This document shows positions 11,942 to 22,920 of a stretch of 64,000 nucleotides of DNA, piece by piece. The notes under the pieces are model-generated. The model was not told the origin of the DNA, did no database searches, and was given only the letters and a program-made list of their open reading frames with translations. The stretch spans positions 1,736,001-1,800,000 of the forward strand of contig NW_024704769.1 of NCBI RefSeq assembly GCF_018977255.1, in the 5' to 3' direction. The position numbers and the translations under genes are program-made. This stretch comes from Callorhinchus milii. Its lineage: Eukaryota. Positions within the stretch are counted from its first letter, which is position 1, and every line of letters begins with the position of its first letter.

Positions 11942-13931
11942 TAAAGTGCTTTCCAAAACGCTTAACTGTGTATTGTGACTCACACTCAACTTCACATCCC
12001 TTCACCCCCTGATACCCCCTCGACCTCTCCCACCTGCTCACCCCCTCCCCAACCCACTACCGGCTGCCTCCGCTCGACCGGCTTCCGGCCTCCTACCTTG
12101 TCCCTCGTGGTGAAGGAAGAGAGAGGCCATATATACACCCACACACTTGAGTCTACATAATCTGTTCAGATGCTACACCCATTGCATGTGTTTAGAATAA
12201 ATGATTTGATGCCCGAAGAACAGTGGAAAGGAATAATAGGGAACAAGAGGTTAGCAAACCGATCATTTGTCAGCGGGAGATTTGGCTTACGGTTTTTATA
12301 AAACCCTCAATGGAGTCAAACCACGACACCCCCTTTCTCTCTCTCCCCCCCACCACCACCACCTGAAAGTGGCCTATCTGCAGAAACAAGGGTACATGTT
12401 GTATAATTGTGTGGAGTTCTGTAACTCAGTGGTTAGAGCACTCGCCTCGCAAGCGAGAGGACCCAGTTTGGGTGAAACCCGACGAGTTTCCTTACTCCAC
12501 ACACCTCTGTTTACCCAGCGATAAGTAGGAACCCGGTTGTTAGTCGATTGGCGGATCGCTTACCAGGGGTAATAATCCCTCCAGAGAAAAAAATCGGACA
12601 CTCAAATCCACGACTGTTTGAGGGGACGCTGCTGTGTGCAATTGGCTGCCGCGTTTTGCCAACAAATACACAGTCGCTGCACTTTACAGTATATTCCGTG
12701 AAGCGCTTTGAGGCTGTTTAACAAGGCTCGCTTTGATTTCGTGTTAAGAATTAACAGCGGCGCTCAACAGGCTGCTCTTGAAAGAAAATGCTTCGGCAGC
12801 GTTTGAGATCCCGCACGCGAAGACTGGGTCAGTTTGTAAACTCGGTTACTATGCGGAGGATAATTGCAGCTTCGGTCTCTCAACTTACTCTCCCAAGAAA
12901 CCGACGGTGTTTAAAGGCTTTGTTCCCACAATGTGGGATTCATTGAGGCGAGTGCTGAGATTAATGGTTTATTCCCCCCGGGTGCGCGGGTCACTCACTT
13001 GATTTATTGACGCTGAAAACCCAGCTTGGGATAATTGTGGGTTCCGCTCGGTAGACACAGGAGGTTCATGCCCGCGCTCGCAAAACACAGTCACTCCACT
13101 TTACAGTATATTCTGTGAAGCGCTTTGAGACGTCGCGAAGATGTGACGAGGCGCAATAAATAATAGTAAAATAATAATCGCATTTGATGCAGCGCCTTAT
13201 CACGTCTTCGAGACGTCTCAAAGCGCCTCACGGGATATACTGTTAAAGTGCAGTGACTGTGTATTTCATTAATTAGTTAATCCTCGCGTTTGATATAGCG
13301 CTTTTCACGTCGGGAGGACGTCCCAAAGCGCTTCACAGAACACACTGTAAAGTGAATTGACTGTATATTTGTGGGCGAAACGCGGCGGCCAATTGCGCAC
13401 AGCAGCGTCCGCACAAACAGCCGTGGATTGAGTGACAAAATTATTATTCATTTATTTATTTGGAGTGATTATTGTATGTGTGTGTGTGTGTGTGGAGTAA
13501 GGAAACTTGCCTAAGGTTTTGACCCGACCGGCAATTGAACCCGGGTCCTCTCGCTTGTGAGGCGAGGGCTCTGACCACGACATATAAACGCATGTTGTTG
13601 TTGTTGTTGATGACGGCGTGAGAGGTTTGCCGGTGACCAGCGCAGTTTTGCAAAACTCATTTGACTTCAAAAGCAGTTTGGCGCAGAGAGCAGAGCAACG
13701 CGACCGCACAGCGACGGAAACTTGGAGGGCTTACACGGACTTCCCTTCTGCGTCTCCACCAGAATTTTTTGCTTCGCCGATTCGCATTGCGGAATTCCGG
13801 AGAACATCGTTCCGTCTCGCACGCGGCCTGACGCTTCAAAGTCTGAACGTTAAAATCTTACGGCCCTCGCGCTGTTTCCCGCTGATTCTGAGGTACGACT
13901 TAAGACTTTTAAGATATTTTCCCAATTCAAT

Positions 13932-13937
13932 TTTATT
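13932..13937 (-). terminator. Candidate DKK4 polyadenylation signal
   Basis: TTTATT on + (AATAAA on -) about 370 nt downstream of the stop codon. Confidence 0.5.
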
Positions 13938-14099
13938 TTACAAAAATGCGCAGTCACAAAACACTCTAAACGATAGCGATCCTCGCGTTCGACACAGCGC
14001 CTTATCGGGGCGGTTGAGACGTCTCGAGGGGCTCGACAGAATATCCTGGCGTTATCCCCGGGACTGGAGCTGAACAGGTTAATTTACAACTGTTTTGGA

Positions 14100-14270
14100 G
14101 GGGGGAAAAGAAGGCAAAAATACTGCAGATGCTGGAAATCTGAAATAAAAACAGACGTCGCTGGGAACGCGCAGCAGGTTCTGACGCGAGCTCATCGTGT
14201 GTTTCCTCTCTCCGTAGGTGCTGCCTGACCTGCTGCGTGTTCCCAGCCGCGTCTGCTCCACAGCTGTCTT
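14100..14270. repeat. Inverted-repeat element in the DKK4 3' UTR, similar to a shark-type interspersed repeat
   Basis: ATACTGCAGATGCTGGAAATCTGAAATAAAAACAG; arms 14160-14179 and 14228-14247 pair at 19 of 20 positions. Confidence 0.55.
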
Positions 14271-14303
14271 TCACCCGGAGTTGCTCCGCGGAGGACTTCG
14301 GCT

Positions 14304-14557
14304 CTAGGTTCCCTGGCAGACGCGTAACCTGGATCTGCGCTGCGACGTGTCTTGGTTCTGGTGACGGCAGGTGAGCCCCGGGGCGCAGTCGCAACGCTGG
14401 AAGATCTCGGGACCCTGCGGGGCCTCCTTGCGTCCTCTCTTCGAGCAGACCTGGCCCTCTTTCAGCACCGGCCGGCAGATCTTAGACCAGAAGTGACGCG
14501 CGCAGCACAGTCCCGTCGAACAGTCTGACGTCCGCAAACACGACTCTCCCTCCAGCC
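14304..14557 (-). CDS. DKK4: DKK4 exon 4 (CRD2 to stop)
   Basis: cag|GG CTG GAG GGA...ACC TAG. Confidence 0.96.
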
Positions 14558-17500
14558 CTGCGACGCACAGAGATTTATATCGTATAATCATTTCATACAA
14601 CAACAACACGTGACATTTTATAGAGTCTTTCACGTCAGGAGGACGTCCCAAGGCTCTGGACGGTCAGGGGTTTGGACCCTGAGCTGGGAGTTGGGATTAG
14701 GAGGAGGTGGGGGTATAGGAGGGTGACCAAAGGCACGGTTGGTCAAAGAGGAGGGTCTTGAGATGGGTCTTGAAGGAGGCGAGGGAGGGAGGGAGGGAGG
14801 GGGCGAGGCGGAGGGACTGTAGGACTGTGGGATGGGGTTCCAGAGGGTGGGGGCAGAGAGGCTGAAGGCGCCTTATCGCGTCTTCGAGACGTCTCAAAGC
14901 TTGACAGGACACGCGGTGAAGCGAATTGACCAATTATTTGTTTACCCGCGCGCGCGTGTGTGTGTTCAGTGCAATTCATGCACAAAGTTCAGAATTCACT
15001 CCCGTCTGCTTGCGTGGTACACAATACACAGTCACAACACTTTAATAATAATAATAATAATAATAATCCTTGCATTTGATAAAGCCCATTTTCACGTCGT
15101 CGAGACGACTCAAAGCACTTCGCAGAAGACACTGCGAAGTGAATTGAGGGCAACGTCCCACAAACAGTCGTGGGTTGACTAAGGATTTCCTGATAAAGTT
15201 GAGGATTGAAGGTGTTGCAGATACGTACAGACGGAGATATAATTCAAAGGAGCGAAACAGACTTAAGGGAGACAAAGGAATGTTTTTTTTTCTGTATTGT
15301 GAGTTCCGTCGCTTTTTACTGGCAAAGGATTATCCGTGCCAACTCATCCCATTTGATCTCATCCCTCCAGACCTACCTTTCACGTCAGGAGGACGTCCCA
15401 AATTTTGCTCAACAACGTTCTCCATCATCTGATCAAACATTGCCGAGTTTAGCGTTTGATTTGTTTGCCGCGAATCCCATAATTTTTTTTTGGGAGGCGG
15501 TTGGGGGCGGGGGGGGGGGGTCAGCCGGGTGTCTGACACACGCAGAAACCCATCGCCGTGGCTTAAGAGTCTCCAAACCCAACTGAGAATTCCCCACATC
15601 ACCCCCACACCTGGAAACCCCAGAGTGTGCGTTGGGGGTAACTCGTGGAGTCTAACCATCTAAACCCACACACAGCTCGGCCATTGATATCACACTCTGT
15701 AAATAATACTACTACTAATAATAATCCTTGCATTTGACATAGCACTTTATCACGTCTTCGAGACGCCTCAAAAGCCCTGGTTGTTGTTAACTTGAAGGCA
15801 CGGGGGAAAAAAACATGAACGCGACGAAAGTTTGCGGTGTCAGAGCGAGAGCATTGCAGAGTGAGCAAAAGGGGCTTAACCTTAATTTTGCCTCTGCGAT
15901 TGTCCTGGTAAACCTGGTTTAACTCAGAAAGCAATCTATCTTTTGTCAAGCTATAACAGTGGCTGCATTAATCACACACTCGATGCCCAACTCCTATAAT
16001 TTAACATATGGTGACACGTTCCTAAGGTTCCTCCCCAACCCAGTGCATGCCCTCCGCACATTAAATAAATTATAAGCTGGTGGGAGCAGTTTGCAGCGTG
16101 TAATTATAAAGCCATAACAGGGGCTGTTTCCTGACCACAGGATACTGAAATACGTCTGCTCCAGCTTGTGTTTTTGGTGGGGAAGGAGAAGGGGGGAAGT
16201 TGCTCTTTTTCTCTATAAAGTCCTTGTTCCAAATTGATTTCTCTTCTCTTTCCGCTCACTACGCTTCTCGGTTGATGCTGAACTGAGGCAAGTCCCGTAG
16301 CTCAGGGGTTCGAGCCCTCGCCTCGCCAGCGAGAGAGGACCCGGGTTCGATTCCCAGGCGGATCAGGTCAGGGCGAAACATTGGGCAAGTTTCCTTACTC
16401 CCCCCACCCCCCACCTACACACACACACACGCACACGCGCGCGCGCGCCTCAGTCAGTAGGAATCTGGTTGTTAATCAATTGGCGGATCGCTTTTCCGGG
16501 AATAATAATCCCTCCAAAACGAAAAGTGAAAACAATAAGAATAATAATCATAATTTGGTCACTCAATCCACGGCTGTTTGTGTGGACGCTGCTGTACGCA
16601 ATTGACGGCCGCGTTTCGCCCACAAAATATACAGTCACTGCACTTTACAACCATAATAATCCTTGCCTTCGATATGGCGCCTTATCACGTCTTCGAGACG
16701 CCTCAAAGATGTATACGTGAAGCTGTGAAGCGCTTTGAGGCGTCTCGAAGTTGTGATCAAACATGAGGATTATTATTGTTATTAATAACCTTTTCGTCTC
16801 CAGAAGTTACGGCCGTTACCTCTTCTTGTTGGTGCCACGACCACCTTTTCCTTTTTGTTCTTTTGCTTCGTCTCCTTGGCTCTCTGGCCTCTCTCCTGCT
16901 GGTTCTTCCTGCGAGACGGCTTGTCCTGTGGGGACTTCTTGCTCTCCTTCGTGTTCTGCGCCACTGCCGGCCTCTGCGTTGGTTGCGCTGTGATCTGCAC
17001 GTCCGAGCGCGTGCAGACATCTGACGAGAGAGAGAGAGAGAGAGAGACGGAGAGAGGGGTGTGTGGGGGGGTGCGGGTGGGGGAGAGAATCAAATCGGAT
17101 CTCTCAGCAAGCCGACACAGATTCCCCTCAAGCCCCCACCTCAGGGGTTAGAGCACTCGCCTCGCAAGCGAGAGGACACGAGTTCGATTCCCAGTCGGGG
17201 GCGAAACCCTATGGTAGACGAGTTTCCTTACTTCACACGCACGCGGCTCTGTTTGACCAGCGGTCAGTAGGAACCACAGTCGATTGGCGGATCGCTTTCC
17301 GGGGGGTAATAATCCGTCCAGAAGAAAATCGAAACAATAACAGTAATAATTTGGTCACTCAACCCGCGGCTGTTCGTGGGGGGAGCGCCGCTGTGCGCAA
17401 TTGGCTGCCGCGTTTCGCCCACAACGTACACGGTTCACCGCACTTCATGTCATTGAGACGCCTCGGGAGCGCTTCGCGGAATACACTGTAAAGCGCGGTG

Positions 17501-19489
17501 ACCGTGCGCTTTGCGGGCGAAACGCGGCAGACGATTGCGCACAGCAGCGTCCCTCACAAACAGCTCAACAATCGGTTGAGTGACCGATTTTTTTTTTTTT
17601 GAGGAGCTCATTACCCCCAGAAAGCGATCCACTAATCAACCGGGTTCCCACTTACTGCCAGGTAAACCGTGGCGCTCGTGTGTGCGTGTGCGCGCAGGGA
17701 GTGAGGAAACTTGCCTGAGGTTCCTCCCTGCCCGGGAATCGAACCCGGTGCCCTCTTGCTCGCGAGGCGAGTCCCGTGGAGCTACCGAGGCTGTTTGTCG
17801 AACACTTACTGTTCAAGCAGTGGTTCCCAGAACAGCACATGGCTTCCCGCACGCAGTGTCTCCTCACGCCTCGACACGTCGCGCAGACCGGCTCCTGCTG
17901 GTGAGAAGCGAGGCAGAACCTCTCGACGCCGCAGTCGGGGTCTGCTGAGCAGCGCGAGGCCTGCGAGATAGACACAAAGCAGCGTTTGAGTTGGTTATGG
18001 AACAGCACCTGTGGAACACTTGGAGCACGGAGATGTTCCAGAGGGGGTAACGAGTGGTCCTTCGCGATCTAAACGTCCTGAGCCCAACAATAATAATCCT
18101 GCAATTATTACCTGAGGTTCCCGCGATCCCCTTTGGTGGCCGTGATCCCAAAATCCTGGGAATGCGGACCCCTGGTCCCAAATGCATTTGTCCGCCTTCA
18201 CTCCATCTCTTTTGCTTTGAGATTTGCAGCAGTAACCACGTGACAAATGTGCCGAGGTTAATAATAATAATAATAATAATAATCCTTGCCTTTGATACAG
18301 CGCCTTATCAGGTCGTCGAGACGCCTCAAAGCGCTTCACAGAATGTGCCGTAAAGTGTGGTGACTGTGTGTATTTTGTGGGCGAAACGCGGCAGCCAATT
18401 GCGCACAGCAGCGTCCCCGCAAACAGCGGTGGATTCAGTGACCAAATTATTCATTTATTTATTTCGATTGGAAGGATTATTCCCCCCCGGAAAGCGATCC
18501 GGCCATCAACTAACAACCGGGATCCTCCTTACTGCTGGGCAAACAGAGGCGTGTGGAGTAAGGAAACTCGCCTAAGGTTTCGCCGCCCCCGGGAATCGAA
18601 CCCGGGTCCTCTCGCTTGCGAGGCGAGGGCTATAATTAATACGCTTTAGGACTCTGGGATCTGGGACTGACTGCCATTAAACGGACTGCGCAACCGTGAG
18701 CCAAACGGACCGATATTTGCATGAGGGGAAAAAGACCATCCCAGGTTGGTAGGTTATAATAATAATAATCCTTGCATTTGGTATAACGCACTTGTCAAGT
18801 CTTCGAGACGTCTCAAAGCGCTTGTTATCAGGGATTAGTATTCAAGGCACATCACCTAACCCTTCTCTTTGCACCTAATCATACTATTGTTTGTGATGGC
18901 TTAGTGCCAGTGGCGCTGAACGTTTTTTTTCTCTGGAAAACTCACTGACGCACTTCGTGTCAACGAGCGCAAGGAAACGATCAAATGAAAACTGGCAAAA
19001 TCAAACAGAACAGCCGGCGATCAAAGGAGTGCTGCAGTGAAGCACAGAGAGCGGAGTTGGCTGCGCGTGTGGGTGTGCGCGTGCGCGGGTATGCGCGGGC
19101 GTGTGTGTGTATGTGGGTGTCTGTGCGAGTGTGGGTGTGTGAGTGGGTGTGCGTGTGTGGTTGGATGTGTGGGTGGGTGGGTGTGTGCGTGTGTGGGTGG
19201 GTGTGTATGTGGGTGTGCGTGTGTGGGTGGGTATGTATGTGGGTGTGCGTGTGTGGGTGGGTGTGTATGTGGGTGTACGTGTATGTGTTGGGTGTGGGTT
19301 TGATTCCCGGATGGGGCGAAACCTTAGGCAAGTTTCCTTGCGGAAAGCATGAGGCGCAGGATGGCTCTCTGGGTCCTGCCGATGAGCCGGGCCGGGCTGT
19401 GCTGCCATCAGCAGCGAGTGCCCCGGGACACTGCGGCCCCTCCCGGCTCAGGAACCGGGGGCTCGAGACCAGCACTGAGGAGGGGGCTC

Positions 19490-19520
<31 letters not shown>

Positions 19521-22500
19521 TCACAGAGGAGGGTGTCGATTCCGACATTCGTTGCCAGGCAGGTCACCTTGGGACCAGTTCAGCTCCAAGGAGACCCCAC
19601 AAACCTCCCCCCACCCTTCCAAGGAGGTTAATCTGACCTATGGATTTGAGCCTCATGGTGGGTACCAGGAACTCCCTGTAACCTCCTGGTCGGCAACACA
19701 GCTCAGCACGAAATGCATGAGACCATTGCCACCATCTTCCTCTCTGGGGCGCACGTCCCTTCCCATTGAGCCACGGTTCCACCAGTCGGAGGTGCGGAGT
19801 GATTCCAAGCGCTGGGTGTACGATCGTGCGTTAACGAACCCAGATTCCAGGATCCCCCCCCCCACACACACACACACACACGCGCCTCTGTTTACCGGCA
19901 GTCAGTAGGAACCCGGCTGTTAATCAATCGGCCGATCGCTTTTCCGGGGGTAATAATCCCTCCAAAGCAAAATCAAAACAATACTAATAATAATTTGGTC
20001 ACTCAATCCACGACAGTTTGCAATTGGCCGTCGCGTTTCGCCCACGAAACACGCAGTCAATTCGCTTTGCAGCGTATCCCGTGAAGCGCTTTGAAGCGCC
20101 GGGTCAAGTGCGAGGATTATTATTATTATTATTATTATTATCTGGCGGACTTCTGCCTGTACTTGAAAAGCTTCGTTGCGATTGAAAAAGGAGAGACTTG
20201 ACGGTATTTGTCAGACTCTTTCATGTCGATTGTAAATCACATTTCTTTCAGTGATTCCTTGTCTCTCCTTCTTTCCTTCAAAGGATAAATCTTCTGTCAT
20301 AGCCCCAGTGCTTTAACCTGTTTGATGTGTAACCTTCACAGTGTGTAAAGTATTATTTTCATTTTTTTTTAGAAAAAGGAGGCACGCGTCTCGTAAATCT
20401 TTTTTTTTGTCTCGTTTCAATTCCGTTTGGGTTTTTTTCTCCCGGCCGGGTGTCTGACACGTAAGGAAACCCGTCACCGTGACCAGCCGGGTGTCTGACA
20501 CACAAGGAAACCCGTCACCGTGACCAGCCGGGCGTCTGACACACACGGAAACCCGTCACCGTGACCGGCCGGGTGTCTGACACGTACGGAAACCCGTCAC
20601 CGTGACCGGCCGGGTGTCTAAAACACACGGAAACCCGTCACCGTGACCGGCCGGGTGTCTGACACGTACGGAAACCCGTCACCGTGACCGGCCGAGTGTC
20701 TGACACACACACACGGAAACCCGTCACCGTGACCGGCCGGGTGTCTGACACGTACGGAAACCCATCACCGTGACCGGCCGGGTGTCTGACACGTACGGAA
20801 ACCCGTCACCGTGACCGGCCGGGTGTCTAAAACACACGGAAACCCGTCACCGTGACCGGCCGGGTGTCTGACACGTACGGAAACCCGTCACCGTGACCGG
20901 CCGGGTGTCTGACACACACGGAAACCCGTCACCGTGACCGGCCGGGTGTCTAAAACACACGGAAACCCATCACCGTGACCAGCCGGGTGTCTGACACACA
21001 TGGAAACCCGTCACCGTGACCAGCCGGGTGTCTGACACGTACGGAAACCCATCACCGTGACCGGCCGGGTGTCTGACACGTACGGAAACCCGTCACCGTG
21101 ACCGGCCGGGTGTCTGACACACACGGAAACCCGTCACCGTGACGGCCGGTGTCTAAAACACACGGAAACCCATCACCGTGACCAGCCGGGTGTCTGACAC
21201 ACATGGAAACCCGTCACCGTGACCGGCCGGGTGTCTGACACACACGGAAACCCGTCACCGTGACCGGCCGGGTGTCTGACATGTACGGAAACCCGTCACC
21301 ATGACCGGTCGGGTGTCTGACACACACACACACGGAAACCCGTCACCGTGACCGGCCGGGTGTCTGACACACACGGAAACCCATCCCCGTTGCTTAAGAG
21401 TCTCCAAACCCAACTGAGAATTCCCCACATCGCCCCCACACCCGGAAACCCCAGAGAGAGATTGTCGGGATGGGATGCGCTCTCTCTCTCTCTCTCTCTC
21501 TCCCTGGAGGGACGCCCACCTGCTTACGGAATTCTGGAAAGTATTAGGCGCAGGTTGGTTAGCGAGAGCGAAGGCTGGGGAGGGGGGAGCCCAGAGTGTG
21601 GGGAGGGGGGAGCCCAGAGTGTGCGTTGGGGGTAACTGCCGGAGTCTAACCAGCTAAACCCACGTAGTTTTAATAATAATAAAAAAAATAATCCTTGCAT
21701 TTGACACAGCGCCTTATTACATCTTCGAGACGTCTCAAAGCCCTTCACAGGATATACTGTAAAGTGTAGTGACTGTATATTGCATCCAGGAGTGTCCACA
21801 AACAGTTGTAGATTGAGGGACCACATTTTTTTAAGGGATTATTACCCCTGGAACGCGATCCTGGTGTAATAATCACTGGCTGGACAGCTTTCCCGCTGCT
21901 TGTCCAGCTCGGACCACCCTACCCATTGGGGCTTTAGCGTACAGGGTTAACGGGAGCTGAGTTGGAGTCTGCCCCCGAGTCCTGTTGATGAGCCAGGATT
22001 GCCTGTGCCTTTTTCTGTTAAACAAAATATGAGGGTCAACACCTCACCAAATACACCGAAACCAAGTCTGTTGGGAGCAATAGATGATGGTGAGGAACAT
22101 GGCGATTGCTACACGAAAAAAGACCAAGGTCCATCCAGTTCACCTTCCACCATAGACTACCTGGTAGTCGCTCGCTACAATTCTGGAGTTCCTGTAGCTC
22201 AGTGGTTAGACCCCTCGTCTCGCAAGCGAGAGGACCCGGGTGGGTCAGGTCAGGGCGAAACCTTGGGGCAAGTTTCCTTACTCAGACACACATACACACA
22301 CACACAGACACGCGTGCGCGCCTCTGTTTACTCAGCAATAAGTACGAACCCGACGATCAGCGGATCGCTTTCCGGGGGTGGTAATGCCATTCGAACCACG
22401 GCCGTTTGCGGGGACGCTGCCGTGCGCGATTGGGCTGCCGCGTTTCGCCCACAAAAACCCGCAGTACATTCCGCAAAGCGCTTTGAGACGTCCCGAAGAC

Positions 22501-22658
22501 GCGATCAGGCAAGGGTTCGCTATTAGCTTCTCTACGCTTACCTTCCCCGAGCGATGGGCAGTTTCCGAGGAGCTTCTGATTGTGTTGAAATCCAAGACTA
22601 ACGCGGAGGCTTGAGAGAGGAGGAAGCACAAGAGCAATACCATCCCACCGCCCGCCAT
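14304..22658 (-). CDS. DKK4: Dickkopf WNT signalling inhibitor 4, complete, 4 exons, 240 aa
   Basis: Exons 22658-22542, 17960-17810, 17020-16820 and 14557-14304 total 723 nt in frame. The protein has a signal peptide followed by [15 protein letters not shown]1 with 10 Cys, a basic linker and a colipase-like CRD2 ([29 protein letters not shown]...RLRVCQ). It lies between POLB and VDAC3, as human DKK4 does. Confidence 0.95.
16820..17020 (-). CDS. DKK4: DKK4 exon 3 (linker)
   Basis: cag|AT GTC TGC...AGA G|gtaacg, 201 nt, phases match the flanking exons. Confidence 0.88.
17810..17960 (-). CDS. DKK4: DKK4 exon 2 (CRD1)
   Basis: cag|GCC...AAC A|gtaagt, 151 nt, [16 protein letters not shown]...CLN. 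Confidence 0.95.
19055..19295. repeat. GT-rich microsatellite with 30-bp higher-order units
   Basis: GTGTGGGTGGGTGTGTATGTGGGTGTGCGT repeated. Confidence 0.8.
20442..21391 (+). repeat. 41-bp CpG-rich tandem satellite, about 23 units, in DKK4 intron 1
   Basis: Unit CCGGCCGGGTGTCTGACACGTACGGAAACCCGTCACCGTGA with minor variants; the units abut with no spacers. Confidence 0.95.
22542..22658 (-). CDS. DKK4: DKK4 exon 1 (signal peptide)
   Basis: ATG at 22658, [39 protein letters not shown]|gtaagc. Confidence 0.92.
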
Positions 22659-22796
22659 GCTCCACAAGGTTCACGAGGAAAATATATTTTTTTTAATGCT
22701 ATTTTAAAAAAATTGCCGAAGCAAAAGTCGAATGGCAAAGTCCAACAAGTCAGAATGAAATGTCTCGCCTCTTCTTAAATCGCTTCCCTTAATTTT

Positions 22797-22838
<42 letters not shown>

Positions 22839-22890
22839 CCTCTTTCTCTCTCGGTAAAAAAAGGAAATGGGCTCACGAGTACTTTTTGAG

Positions 22891-22920
22891 CCTTTTTATA
22901 TACTGTCATTACTCCCGCCC
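22891..22920 (-). promoter_or_regulatory. Candidate DKK4 core promoter (TATA box plus GC box)
   Basis: TATATAAAAAGG on - at 22891-22902 with GGGCGGG just upstream, about 240 nt before the ATG. Confidence 0.55.

Noticed and set aside
13618-14073. 151-aa ORF downstream of DKK4
   Set aside because: It has a non-ATG start and no recognisable domain or splice context, and overlaps the predicted DKK4 3' end on the opposite strand.
19372-19400. Hammerhead ribozyme core (…GATGAG…)
   Set aside because: The sequence is CCGATGAG rather than CTGATGAG, and no suitably placed GAAA or stems are present.
18985-19908. 307-aa ORF as a host gene
   Set aside because: It is a composite of a GT microsatellite, a SINE head and a repeat fragment. 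Only the repeat-derived part is noted under the unclassified element.
20442-21391. CRISPR-like array of palindromic repeats
   Set aside because: The units abut with no unique spacers, there are no cas genes, and the context is a vertebrate intron. It is a tandem satellite.
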